IMG/VR virus record: IMGVR_UViG_3300021400_001148
Location: 160,001 to 224,000 of that record
Origin: a virus
Taxonomy: Duplodnaviria; Caudoviricetes
Reading direction: 5' to 3' (one strand)
Length of the DNA: 64,000 nt
Below the pieces are notes generated by a model. It saw only the letters and a list, made by a program, of their open reading frames with translations. It searched no databases and was not told the origin of the DNA. Positions 37,624-47,382 of this stretch are shown here, in pieces (position 1 is the stretch's first letter; each line of letters starts with the position of its first letter). The translations under genes and the position numbers were made by a program.

Positions 37624-40110
37624 TTATTTTATGCCAGAATAAGTGCTCACTTCAGATATCATTTTTAAAAAATACAACCCAGCAAGGCAAGTTTTACTAT
37701 ACTGAATGTCATCGCGGTAATTTTTTATGAACACCTCGTAAAATTCTCGCCCTTCTTTTGTTGGCCTATTAAGAAACCATGATGGAACTCTGTCTATTTT
37801 ACCATTCGCAAGTGCTTTGGCGTAAAAATGAGGATTTCTTGTATCCGCCGGAAGCCATTTTGCTTTTTTAAAAACCTCGTAATCGTTAAAATATTCAAGA
37901 TGAGTTTCATTATTAACTTCTGATGGCTTAATTTTTTCCTTTTTATCATTAAAAAGGCTGTGGTCTTCAGTGACTTCTATCTTCATATCACCATCTGTGA
38001 TTTCATAAATGTCCTTATCAGTTTTATGGCGGTAAATGTATGATGGGGTTACCCATCCACTTCGACAAAGGACTTGGTACGGTTTTGGCGAATAATCGTA
38101 TTCACGGCCAAGCGCATCAGTTTCAATTTTATTCTCATCTATAAGTTCGCATATAGGTTTAATATCAATTGCTCCATTCTTTACATTGCGAACAAATACA
38201 GGAGTGTCTTCAGTGAACGAGTCGCCAACGATAGGCTTATAGCCAAGTCCCATAAAATGGCTTATCATTAAGCGAAGGCTTTGTCGGCCAGTACAGGTGA
38301 TTCTCTCAGCACAGTTTTTGTCGCCAAGAGGGAAAAGGTTTTCTGCGCCAAAACTACCAAACGCTGAGTTTCCAAGGATTTTCAGAGGGTTCTGTAATCG
38401 GTCATTCTTCATCTCCTCATTTTCCCAGTGCTGGATTTCGGAGAGTAAAGATTTATCTTGTGTCTCTTTATACTCTTTTCGTTTGGCCTCGGCGTTTTTG
38501 GCACCTATTTTCTTTAGTTTCTTATATGTCTCTCGCTGTGTGAGAACATAGTTCAGCATGGCCGGGAGAACACCCTGAATATCAATTTTCGGGTCAATGT
38601 GCCAAGTAAGCATAATGGAGGGGTACAGAGAGTTGTAGTCAAGTTTGATGACTTTCTTAATGAACCCCGTGCGGCAAAGACGGGACAAACCCCCGGTAAA
38701 TGCACCACCCTTTCCGAAAGCCGGAACAGCAAGGCCCTGCTCATAGGACCACGCAAGAATAATAAGTTTCCAAATGCCGGCGGTACCCATTGTACAGGCC
38801 CTTGCAAAACCAGTGGGAACAATTTTATTAATAAGGAAATTGGCTTGATTAAGTTGGAGTTCCACCTTGTCAGTTTCCCAAATATCATCAAGGAGGTACC
38901 GGTCAACGATGTAGGCACCTGTCTTTAACACATATCCCTCTTTAAGGGGATGTTTTTCATCAACAAGATACCAATCCCCGTTTTCATCGTTAAAGGCAAA
39001 TGCGTCGCCCTCTGTCCTGAGAGTCGTAGTAATCTTGTCTCCGGGGATGTATACACGGTTCGGCTTGTTCAGTGAAAGATACTTGGTAACATACTTCAAG
39101 TCTGCTTTAAGCATACTACTATCACCGGCCTGTGCACGGCGGGCGGCGTGCAGACTATCGAGAACGATGTGCCCCGGGACGATTGTCTGATAATATGTTT
39201 CAACCTCACCGCCGAGTTTAAGTGTTGTCGGCTTCGGGTTCTTGTAAATAGGGCCGCCGAAAAGTTCTTTGGTAAACGCTTCGAAATCGCCACCAAGAAT
39301 CTTATATCTTGCAATGACATGGTTCCAGTCGAAGTTCTCACTGTTGTGACCGGCAATGGTATCCGGGTCCTTTGTGTATATGATTCTGAGAAAATCTTCA
39401 ATGCATTTTTTCTCGCTTGCGTCCAGTTCCTCTTTGGTATTTCCCTTGACAGTAAGAATCTTCTCGAAGCCCTTGTTAACCCTAATACCGATTTTAGTGA
39501 TGCGGTGCTTGTCCTCGAGGCCCTCGGACTCAATATCCCAAAGAAGTCTGTGGATATCGTCATAAGTTTCATAACCCTGAAACAGTCTCGTGCCAGTAGC
39601 AATCATATACTGTTCCTGTGGGGAGACAGAAAGGAAAGGCCTGTCGTCACCCATGAACTGTTTATTGTCAGGGTCATCGTTATTGCCGCGGTCAGAAAAC
39701 ACCGGAGTCCCCGCATCTTTGAAAAACTTCAGAAATGTGGAGTATGACATTGGATGTGTGGCTCTGAAAATGAACTTGTAGCCATTGACCATTCGTTCCT
39801 CTTCAGTGCCATCATAGCCTTTTGTACGAAGTTTCTTTACCTCAATTCCGTATTTGTTGAGGAGTTGCTTAACCAGATGACGGTCACCGCCGCACATCTT
39901 GTCACAGATAGAATATTTTGCCCATACGAACGGATAGAAGTCGTCGTATTTTATGGCTTTTTCGTCTTTTTCTGTTCTGTATGTGATTTTGGCCTGTGTA
40001 TCTCCGTATGTAATATCAACTGAGATTGCCCGTTTGAAGGGGTTGCGGCCGTTCAAGAATTTCTCAATTTCCTCAAAGGAAATGTTTGGCTTTTGCTCTA
40101 TTTCTGCCAT
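37624..40110 (-). CDS. polB: DNA polymerase B N-terminal half (3'-5' exonuclease, motifs A and B) fused to split-intein N fragment
   Basis: WDIES, GHNSENFD, YLLDD; DYNSLYPS; KILGNSAFG; VGD followed by intein. Confidence 0.9.
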   Translation of the reverse strand: MAEIEQKPNISFEEIEKFLNGRNPFKRAISVDITYGDTQAKITYRTEKDEKAIKYDDFYPFVWAKYSICDKMCGGDRHLVKQLLNKYGIEVKKLRTKGYDGTEEERMVNGYKFIFRATHPMSYSTFLKFFKDAGTPVFSDRGNNDDPDNKQFMGDDRPFLSVSPQEQYMIATGTRLFQGYETYDDIHRLLWDIESEGLEDKHRITKIGIRVNKGFEKILTVKGNTKEELDASEKKCIEDFLRIIYTKDPDTIAGHNSENFDWNHVIARYKILGGDFEAFTKELFGGPIYKNPKPTTLKLGGEVETYYQTIVPGHIVLDSLHAARRAQAGDSSMLKADLKYVTKYLSLNKPNRVYIPGDKITTTLRTEGDAFAFNDENGDWYLVDEKHPLKEGYVLKTGAYIVDRYLLDDIWETDKVELQLNQANFLINKIVPTGFARACTMGTAGIWKLIILAWSYEQGLAVPAFGKGGAFTGGLSRLCRTGFIKKVIKLDYNSLYPSIMLTWHIDPKIDIQGVLPAMLNYVLTQRETYKKLKKIGAKNAEAKRKEYKETQDKSLLSEIQHWENEEMKNDRLQNPLKILGNSAFGSFGAENLFPLGDKNCAERITCTGRQSLRLMISHFMGLGYKPIVGDSFTEDTPVFVRNVKNGAIDIKPICELIDENKIETDALGREYDYSPKPYQVLCRSGWVTPSYIYRHKTDKDIYEITDGDMKIEVTEDHSLFNDKKEKIKPSEVNNETHLEYFNDYEVFKKAKWLPADTRNPHFYAKALANGKIDRVPSWFLNRPTKEGREFYEVFIKNYRDDIQYSKTCLAGLYFLKMISEVSTYSGIK
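37627..38220 (-). mobile_element. split intein N fragment (IntN, 198 aa)
   Basis: block A SFTEDTPVFV, block B EVTEDHSLF; ends at a stop codon without blocks F/G. Confidence 0.85.
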
Positions 40111-40193
40111 TTCTTTCAAAAAATTATATTTATAGTTATAGGATTAGAGCACACACTTGTGCATCATCTTTTCGTGACAAATATACAAAAATT

Positions 40194-41351
40194 ATGAAGA
40201 TTTTTTTAACCGAGGAGCAAATAAGAAAAATGCTCAACGAATCATTTTCGAGATACATATACCATTTTACAACATATGAGGTACTTTACAATATGCTAAA
40301 AATGGACGCGTTTATTCTGAGTAGTTCGTTAACAACACAAGTCGACAAAGAATTAAATAATGGCTATTCTTTTTACATGTCATTCACAAGGCAACACACA
40401 AACAAAGTTGGCTTCCCGGCGTGGAAAAACTATGTGGTATCCAGAAGTAATGGCCCAGAGAGTGACTTTATGAATGTTAGAATTACAGTAAACGGTGATT
40501 TGCTGGGCAGTACATATAAGGGCTCTCCGGTAAATTATCACCATAAAGCAATACGAACAAGCAATCAGCAAAAAGAGGTTGGGTCTGACCCGGCTGTGCT
40601 GGTTACAATAAGGCAATCAGAAGATAGACTTTTGTCCAACGAACCCATTGTTAAAGGGATTTCGCGTTTCATTGAAAGAATAGACATTCTGGCTCCGAAA
40701 TCTGAAAACAACACCATAAAACAGAATACGGTAAACTCAATTTATAAAATATTAAGAATATCAAAGAATGAATATGCAAACAGAATTTTTGTCTATGATA
40801 ACGAAAGGGATTTTAACATGCCTAAGTCAAGAAATTACATCAATGGCAAAATAATCTCTATGCTATCAGGCAATATTCTTAATTCAATTAACGATAAAAA
40901 CATCATTAATAATGATATCGTAAAGCAAAATACCGTTACTAGCAGAGGGCATGACAGAATTAAACTTTTAAGTCAATATCAACTCGAATATATTGGCGCA
41001 ACTGCCATAATGCTGGCAGAATTGACTAGAAACCCGGGGAATATAGAAAAATATATTGATTATATTTTTTCCACAAGACAAAAGTATGTCGGAAATACAA
41101 AGATAGCAAGGGAAAAAGGACAAGCCCTGCGGCTCGGAAAAAAACTTTTTAAAACGAACAACCCCATTGAAAGTTATCTGGGAAAATTTAAGTTTTTTTC
41201 CCAGTCATTTTCTGGCAGCACAAGAGACATGTATGCTCTTATGATGCATTTAATGAAACAAGTCGTAGATGCTTATGGATTTGGCTCAGTTCCGCAGTTA
41301 CTCCGAGCCATTAATAGTGGAAAACTTAAACCAATGCACTTGAACCTTTAA
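40194..41351 (+). CDS. leader-motif protein with putative ADP-ribosyltransferase-like fold
   Basis: MKIFLTEEQIRKMLNES then YHFT...MSFTR...QSEDR (H-S-E-like order). Confidence 0.5.
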   Translation: MKIFLTEEQIRKMLNESFSRYIYHFTTYEVLYNMLKMDAFILSSSLTTQVDKELNNGYSFYMSFTRQHTNKVGFPAWKNYVVSRSNGPESDFMNVRITVNGDLLGSTYKGSPVNYHHKAIRTSNQQKEVGSDPAVLVTIRQSEDRLLSNEPIVKGISRFIERIDILAPKSENNTIKQNTVNSIYKILRISKNEYANRIFVYDNERDFNMPKSRNYINGKIISMLSGNILNSINDKNIINNDIVKQNTVTSRGHDRIKLLSQYQLEYIGATAIMLAELTRNPGNIEKYIDYIFSTRQKYVGNTKIAREKGQALRLGKKLFKTNNPIESYLGKFKFFSQSFSGSTRDMYALMMHLMKQVVDAYGFGSVPQLLRAINSGKLKPMHLNL

Positions 41352-42448
41352 AAAAAAGATGCCAGTACATTAATTCCTTTTTCAACCTTTCGTTGGAGTG
41401 TTCCGAACTTCTCTTCGTTTTCATCTAGACACTTACTATTTTTGTAGTAATTCAGAAATTCATTAAGTTCGAACAGTTTATTCAGTATTTCATCCACCTC
41501 TTTTGAAGCATTTTCGTAAACAATATCATCTTTTGTCATTTCTCTACCGTGAAGGTCGTTGAAATCTTTGTTTTCTTCCTCTGTTAGAGGTTCGGAATAT
41601 CTAAGGAAATTGTTCATGGTATTTTGTTGTTTTAAAATTTTTCTTACTTCAGAATTCGTCTTATATGTTGTGGGTGTGAATCCAGTACTGTCTTCTTTCG
41701 GACCTAGTGTTCTTTCTATTTTTGTTTTTAGTTCATCTGGTATTAGAAAACCACCATCATCTTTTTTTTGTAGTCTATAGATGGAATTTGCTTCCTCTTC
41801 TGGTGTCATTTTTTGCAAGCTGTCGGAAGAAGAAAACGCTATATAAGCAAAATCAACCCCCGAACATAGGTTTGATTGTAAAAAACTCGGTACAAAGTTG
41901 TTCACTTGATTGGTTCTTTGATGAAACGGCTTGTCTGGAATGAGTTTTCTTTTGCCGGATATACTTCGTTCCACATTTCTTCTCATTGCCACGGACCTGT
42001 TCACGACCACCCATATAATGGATACTGTATATCCTAGGGGTTTAACCATACTGACAATTTCTTCAGCAAGGCTTTTTTCTCCTCTTTTTCCCGGCCGGCC
42101 ACATATGTCAAATATGATGTTTCCCTTGTTCTTTGTTTGGTTTTTTAAGAAAAGTTCTTCTGATTTTTGTAACTTTTCCGCGGAAGCACGGTGTAAATCT
42201 TTGAAACTAGGAATTTTTTTCCCTTGCTGTTTCAAAAGGTTTTCGTAGTTTTGCCTAAATAAATCAATATCAAAAACCTTACCGCTTATTGGTAGTTTGT
42301 TTTTCAAAAGGTATGACTTACCGGAACCAGGTGCCCCCATCAAAATTATACATTGCCCGTAATTCGGAAAGTTACCATTATTGAATGAGATAGTCCTGAT
42401 TTCATTTATGACTTCACCAACTATTTTATTCACTATGTTGTTGCTCAT
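41348..42448 (-). CDS. P-loop kinase (zeta-toxin/AAA_33-like)
   Basis: GAPGSGKS, IIFD, VAMRRNVER lid; N-terminal IVNKIVGEVINE. Confidence 0.75.
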   Translation of the reverse strand: MSNNIVNKIVGEVINEIRTISFNNGNFPNYGQCIILMGAPGSGKSYLLKNKLPISGKVFDIDLFRQNYENLLKQQGKKIPSFKDLHRASAEKLQKSEELFLKNQTKNKGNIIFDICGRPGKRGEKSLAEEIVSMVKPLGYTVSIIWVVVNRSVAMRRNVERSISGKRKLIPDKPFHQRTNQVNNFVPSFLQSNLCSGVDFAYIAFSSSDSLQKMTPEEEANSIYRLQKKDDGGFLIPDELKTKIERTLGPKEDSTGFTPTTYKTNSEVRKILKQQNTMNNFLRYSEPLTEEENKDFNDLHGREMTKDDIVYENASKEVDEILNKLFELNEFLNYYKNSKCLDENEEKFGTLQRKVEKGINVLASFF

Positions 42449-42489
42449 ATGCAATAAATATAACTTTTGTATACAAAGATAATTAAAAA

Positions 42490-42514
42490 CGCCAGAACAT
42501 TTTTTGTTCTGGCG
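42490..42514 (-). terminator. terminator downstream of tmRNA
   Basis: cgccagaaca/tgttctggcg stem followed by T run on minus strand. Confidence 0.75.
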
Positions 42515-42521
42515 CAACAAG

Positions 42522-43111
42522 TGGAGCTGACGGGACTCGCTGAGTATTACTCTGGGCCATCTCATCATCTGTTCTAGATGCTGCTCGCTATAGGCTCACC
42601 GTAGTGTCCTTGGTCTCTGAACCTTCCACAATCTTCCTTGTGGCTTGGCTGCTGATTGCCTCTTCGGTTTCCAGCAATTCAAGCAGTTTTTAACATAATG
42701 TCCCCATTATGTGGGTCCGATATGCTGAACCCGTGTCCAAACATCTCATCCAATCGCTTTCTACACATTTATCCCAATGTTGTTTTTCGTAATCCCCCGG
42801 GAGATGGGCTTCCAAAGAGATTCTTAACCCGGTTCTACTTAGGCGGGATTTACGGATGTTACCCGCTTGCATCTGATTGTAATTGCACCCCTTAGCCACA
42901 ACCATACAGAAAACTGTGAGGGATGTACGCCGAGCGGAACCTTGTTCTGCTCTGTCGCAGCCCGGAATCACCTAGTGATTAGGCAGCATAAGCGTAAGAG
43001 TAAGCGTAACGATTAGCAGTTACTTTTTTGGTGTTCTGGATTAACGGGACCACCACCTTCGCCCGATGTGCTTACGATGAAACGACAATGCTGTCAAAAC
43101 CAAACAGCCCC
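42522..43111 (-). ncRNA. ssrA: tmRNA, intron-containing; tag (A)ANRYAYSYAYAA*
   Basis: 5' GGGGCTGTTTGGTTTTGACAGC; acceptor GGGGCTG/CAGCTCC-A with G3.U; tag ORF 43017-42979 after TAACT; T arm ACGGG-TT^CGAGT-CCCGT. Confidence 0.93.
42540..42727 (-). mobile_element. group I intron (188 nt, no ORF) in tmRNA T-loop
   Basis: P1 GGGUU/GACCC with U.G, P2 with GGGA loop, AATTGCTGGAAA, AATCAGCAG, TTCAGAGACCA, TGAGATGGCCC, terminal G. Confidence 0.9.
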
Positions 43112-43118
43112 ATTATAA

Positions 43119-43337
43119 CTATTTCAGTCTTTGAGAAATCCTCCCTCTAGTGAGGTCGTAAGGGGACATCTCAACTTTAACTTTATCGCCCTCAATTACT
43201 CGAATATTATTCATCCGCATTTTTCCAGAAAGGGTACACAGGATTTCAAGGCCGTTCTCCAGTTCAACCCTGAACATTGCATTGGGGAGTGATTCAATCA
43301 CACTCCCCTGCGTTATAATAGCCTGTTGTTTACTCAT
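43119..43337 (-). CDS. infA: translation initiation factor IF-1
   Basis: 72 aa; [15 protein letters not shown]...[10 protein letters not shown]...[18 protein letters not shown]. Confidence 0.95.
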   Translation of the reverse strand: MSKQQAIITQGSVIESLPNAMFRVELENGLEILCTLSGKMRMNNIRVIEGDKVKVEMSPYDLTRGRISQRLK

Positions 43338-44466
43338 CGATGAAACCAATGATTTTCTTGTTAGTCTCAGTCTCGTAAGAGTCCTCCTCATAGTTGTAAA
43401 TATCTGCAAGTGAAAGTGCTTTATCCACAACTGTCTTCTCACCACGAATCTTCGTAAGAAGCGCGGAGGACTTATCCGCAGAAAGTTTAGTGAACTCGTA
43501 CTTGGATATCAGTCGCCCTTTCCTGAGAAGTGCATCATCAATCTGGTCAACCTCAGCATTGAATGTACAGATGAACTTCACACCAAGAGACTTGAGGAGT
43601 CCGTCGGCAAGGTTAAGAAGAAGGTTCACTGGTGAGTTGCTGTTGAAATCATTTCTCGACTTGAGGGCATCCTCACAGTCTTCAAGAATAAGGATGCTGT
43701 CCTTGAACCTTGCAAGGAAAGAAGTGAACGAAGGCTGGCCAAGAAGCGGAACCAACGACGACGGAAAATAAATGAACTGTTTATCAGGGTGTGTCTTCAC
43801 AAGATTAGAGATGTAAGTACTCTTACCAGTTCCCTTCTCGCCGTGAAGGATAATGATGCCACTCTTCTTTTTTGCGGAAATAAATTCCTCGATTTTTTCA
43901 GCCTCTCTCTTGAAGTTGTCATTGTACTGTTCATCTATATTGAAATCCTCAACAGTATCAATTTCAAAATCAATGAGGTCAAAACCTGTCTGAGTTGAAA
44001 TAATGAGTTTCACATTGTTGAGTTTCTGTTTCGGGAGAACATAATATTTCTTCACAATCTCCTCAATCTCTTCAAGAGCCTCTTCATCGCCGTCTCCATA
44101 AAGAATGTAAGATTCACTCACACTGTCCTCGAAGCGGGCGAATATGTTCTTATCCTCGATGATGATTGAGAAACCGAGTTTAATCTCCCCGTCGGTGAGG
44201 TTGCAGTTGCGGTAGACAACCGTGTAGTATTTACTGTCCTTATAATGTTCTTTCAACGCTTTAAGGAGACCGGTCGTGTCAAAGTGAGAATCCGCATCTT
44301 CCCTCAACTGTGTAAACATATCACAATATGGGAAATATCTGTTCTTGCAGAAAAACAAGTTCTGAAGTGAAAGACCATCCACCTTTGAATAGACATCGTC
44401 AAACTTAGCATCAAGGCTCATATTATGAAGGATTGCCTTGGCTGCGATTTCTTCGTTTTTTACCAT
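43330..44466 (-). CDS. AAA+ ATPase
   Basis: [24 protein letters not shown]; C-terminal IIGF. Confidence 0.85.
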   Translation of the reverse strand: MVKNEEIAAKAILHNMSLDAKFDDVYSKVDGLSLQNLFFCKNRYFPYCDMFTQLREDADSHFDTTGLLKALKEHYKDSKYYTVVYRNCNLTDGEIKLGFSIIIEDKNIFARFEDSVSESYILYGDGDEEALEEIEEIVKKYYVLPKQKLNNVKLIISTQTGFDLIDFEIDTVEDFNIDEQYNDNFKREAEKIEEFISAKKKSGIIILHGEKGTGKSTYISNLVKTHPDKQFIYFPSSLVPLLGQPSFTSFLARFKDSILILEDCEDALKSRNDFNSNSPVNLLLNLADGLLKSLGVKFICTFNAEVDQIDDALLRKGRLISKYEFTKLSADKSSALLTKIRGEKTVVDKALSLADIYNYEEDSYETETNKKIIGFIDE

Positions 44467-44531
44467 AAATTTTTTTGACTAAAATAAACTTCGTTGCAAA
44501 TATACAATTTTTTTCTCAAACAAAAACAATA

Positions 44532-44765
44532 CTAAACTTTTCCCATTTGGTATATGTTGAAAATTTCCGAGTAGGTGATAAAGTCATTCATATCTTCAAA
44601 ATCGTTGTCCCCTTCATAGAAAGCATTCCTGTCATTCATCACGGTTGAACCGAGGAATGGCTTAACGAAATATTCCGGTTCTTCTTTGTCTTCTTCTTCC
44701 CGGGGCAGTACTTCCATAAAGTATATTGTATCGGGATACATTTTTTTACCAAAGTACTTTTTCAT
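44532..44765 (-). CDS. hypothetical protein
   Basis: 77 aa ORF directly after the Clp ATPase. Confidence 0.55.
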   Translation of the reverse strand: MKKYFGKKMYPDTIYFMEVLPREEEDKEEPEYFVKPFLGSTVMNDRNAFYEGDNDFEDMNDFITYSEIFNIYQMGKV

Positions 44766-44777
44766 ATTATACAGGCT

Positions 44778-47309
44778 TTATTGTATAATTAGGTTGCCGT
44801 TTTCAGTTGTAAGGTTTATTTCAATGTTTTTATCACTGCTCTCAAGGATAATATCCGTAACCGGGTTTACTATATCTTCTTGTATTACTCGTATGATAGG
44901 CCTTGCTCCGAATTCTTTTTCAGGCTCAATCCTCTTAAGGAAATATTCCACCACACCATTGTCGTAAGACAAGCCATAGCCGGCATCGGATATTTTCTTT
45001 TTCGTCTTTTCAAGTTCAATCCGGATAATGCTCCTGAGATTGTCTTCTGTCAGAGAATTGAAGTAAATGATTTCATCAATCCTGTTCAGGAACTCCGGGG
45101 TGAACTTACTTTTCAGTTCCCTATCGAGGATGGCCTTGGTTTTTTCTTGAATGTCGTCATCGATAAAGCCGAAACTTTTGCTGTTTTCCTGAGCTTCTCT
45201 CGCACCTACATTAGAAGTGAAGATAAGAATAAGGTTCTTACAGTCAATTTTCTTGCCGAAATTGTCTGTCACCCGCCCTTCGTCCATAATCTGGAGGAAT
45301 ATGTTGTAAATTTCCGGGTCAGCCTTTTCAATCTCATCGCAAAGGAGAACGGCATATTTGTTTTTCTTGATTGCCTCAGTAAGGAGACCGCCGTTCTCAT
45401 AGCCAACATAACCCGCACCGGCACCGATAAGTTTATTGACAGCGGTTTTATCCGCGTACTCCGACATATCGAACCTGATAAGGTATTTTTCATCGCCGAA
45501 CACCTCTTTTGCTATTGTTTTTGCGAGAAGAGTTTTACCAATACCAGTCTTACCAAGTTCAAGAAATGTAACCGGCTTGTTGGGAGTTCCGAGGCCTACG
45601 CGGTTTCTTTTTATTGCCCGGCATATAGAGTCCACCGCCTCGTCTTGGCCCACAACTATTTTCTTAATCTTTTCATTGATGTTTGTAAGGCTCTTTTTCT
45701 CATCACTTGAAAGTTTGCTGACTGGTATTCCGGTTTTTTCGGAAATTATATGATGAACATCGTCCAGTGTAATTTCTTTCGTATTTTGTGATTGATGGTA
45801 TTTTTCCTTTGCATCGAGCAATTCTGATGTATAGTCGTTAATTTCTTTGTTAATCTCTCTCAGTCTCTCCAAATCATCGTCCTCAATGGCGGACTGTTTT
45901 TCTGCCTCAAGTGCCTTAATCATAGCGGTGAGGTCGCCGATTATTTTTGGTTCAATCATACCCACTCTGATTGATGACCCGACTTCGTCAAGTATGTCAA
46001 TGGCAGAATCCGGGAGCAGACGCTCACTGATGTATTTATCTGAAAGTTTTACAATTTCTTCCACAACATCGGCAGGATATTTCACATTGTGATACTTCTC
46101 GTAGTAGTCTTTTGTCGAGGAAATTATCTCAATGGTCTCCTCGATTGTGGCCGGGGAAATATTGAGTTTCTGGAACTTGCGGTCGAAACTGTTGTTTGTT
46201 TCAATGGCCGAGTGGTAATTTTTGTATGTCGTAGTTCCGATTATCTGGATTTCATTCTCACTTAATGCTTGGTTGAAAACTGCAGACATATCAACATCGG
46301 ATTTTCCGGAAGACATAATCATATTGATGTCATCTATGAAAAGGATGTTGTTTTTGTTTTTCTTGAACTCCTTGATTAGTTTCTTCAGTCTCTCTTCCAG
46401 CATACCCCTCATCGATGTTCCCGCAATGAGTGCGGTTACATCCAGCGAGTAAAAGTGCTTTGACTGTATTGACTCCGGGGCATTTCCGTTGACAATTTCT
46501 TGCACAAGGCCTTTGATAATGGCTGTCTTGCCCACACCTCCATCACCAAGAATAAGGACATTGTTCTTATTTCTTCTCCCCAGAACACGATAAATCTGTG
46601 CAAGTTCACTTTTTCGTCCGATTAGACGGTCATATTTCCCCTCTTCAGCCTCACGGTTCATGTCCGCGCAGTATGCCAATATAAGGGAACCTCCCTGCCG
46701 GCTCGTTTCCTTTGGGGGCTCCATTGGAAAAAGTATCTGTTTCATTTCACTCGGGTCGAAGTGTATTGGAATCTGTATCGGCCCGGAGTCAAGCATCATT
46801 GTGCTCTGCAGAGGTGCCCCGATGGTGGAAGAATCGCTGTTTTGCGGGAGGTTAATCTGACTTTTTGCAAGAAACTCCTTATACCCCATTCCAATGGTGC
46901 TGGAAAACACATACTCAATGTTTTTGTCATTTTTGAGGATTGACAGGAAAAGCAGTGTGGATGTGATTGATTCTTCTCCAAGGGTTTTCCTTATTTTTTC
47001 CGCATCGTCGAGAACTACCGAAAAGTCCTTGCTGAGTTTGAATGAGGCGTTTGGGCGTAGCGACAGCATCTCCTTGAGGGAGATTTCCCGGATGAAGTAA
47101 TTCTCAATTGATGACAATGATGTTGAACTTGCGGTATTTTTAAGGATTGAGAAGGCTTTACAGTTGCGAGAGTTCAACATAGCCACAATAAAATATGGCG
47201 TTGTAATAGCAACCGAAGGGTGCTCCTCCAATATGACTGTCGTTATGAATTCAAAAACAGATTTTAACTCGGCCGAACAGTTCTTGTCTTTAAGTTGTTC
47301 TATCTCCAC
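44778..47309 (-). CDS. clpC: Clp protease ATP-binding subunit (ClpC-like)
   Basis: two AAA modules GDGGVGKT and GKTGIGKT, RFDMSEY, GYVGY, SFGF loop, PEFLNRID, GARPI. Confidence 0.9.
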   Translation of the reverse strand: MEIEQLKDKNCSAELKSVFEFITTVILEEHPSVAITTPYFIVAMLNSRNCKAFSILKNTASSTSLSSIENYFIREISLKEMLSLRPNASFKLSKDFSVVLDDAEKIRKTLGEESITSTLLFLSILKNDKNIEYVFSSTIGMGYKEFLAKSQINLPQNSDSSTIGAPLQSTMMLDSGPIQIPIHFDPSEMKQILFPMEPPKETSRQGGSLILAYCADMNREAEEGKYDRLIGRKSELAQIYRVLGRRNKNNVLILGDGGVGKTAIIKGLVQEIVNGNAPESIQSKHFYSLDVTALIAGTSMRGMLEERLKKLIKEFKKNKNNILFIDDINMIMSSGKSDVDMSAVFNQALSENEIQIIGTTTYKNYHSAIETNNSFDRKFQKLNISPATIEETIEIISSTKDYYEKYHNVKYPADVVEEIVKLSDKYISERLLPDSAIDILDEVGSSIRVGMIEPKIIGDLTAMIKALEAEKQSAIEDDDLERLREINKEINDYTSELLDAKEKYHQSQNTKEITLDDVHHIISEKTGIPVSKLSSDEKKSLTNINEKIKKIVVGQDEAVDSICRAIKRNRVGLGTPNKPVTFLELGKTGIGKTLLAKTIAKEVFGDEKYLIRFDMSEYADKTAVNKLIGAGAGYVGYENGGLLTEAIKKNKYAVLLCDEIEKADPEIYNIFLQIMDEGRVTDNFGKKIDCKNLILIFTSNVGAREAQENSKSFGFIDDDIQEKTKAILDRELKSKFTPEFLNRIDEIIYFNSLTEDNLRSIIRIELEKTKKKISDAGYGLSYDNGVVEYFLKRIEPEKEFGARPIIRVIQEDIVNPVTDIILESSDKNIEINLTTENGNLIIQ

Positions 47310-47382
47310 TATCCTTTACTTTTTGCTGTTATTTTCGTATTTTCTTTACAAATATACAAATAATCCGGCAAAAAGAAAAGAT

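Noticed and set aside
41348-42448. Zeta/epsilon toxin-antitoxin pair
   Set aside because: No small antitoxin gene upstream; only a generic P-loop kinase can be supported.
42569-43111. ORFs 42656..42895, 42690..42971 and the 5' extension of 41348..42568
   Set aside because: They overlap the tmRNA and its intron.
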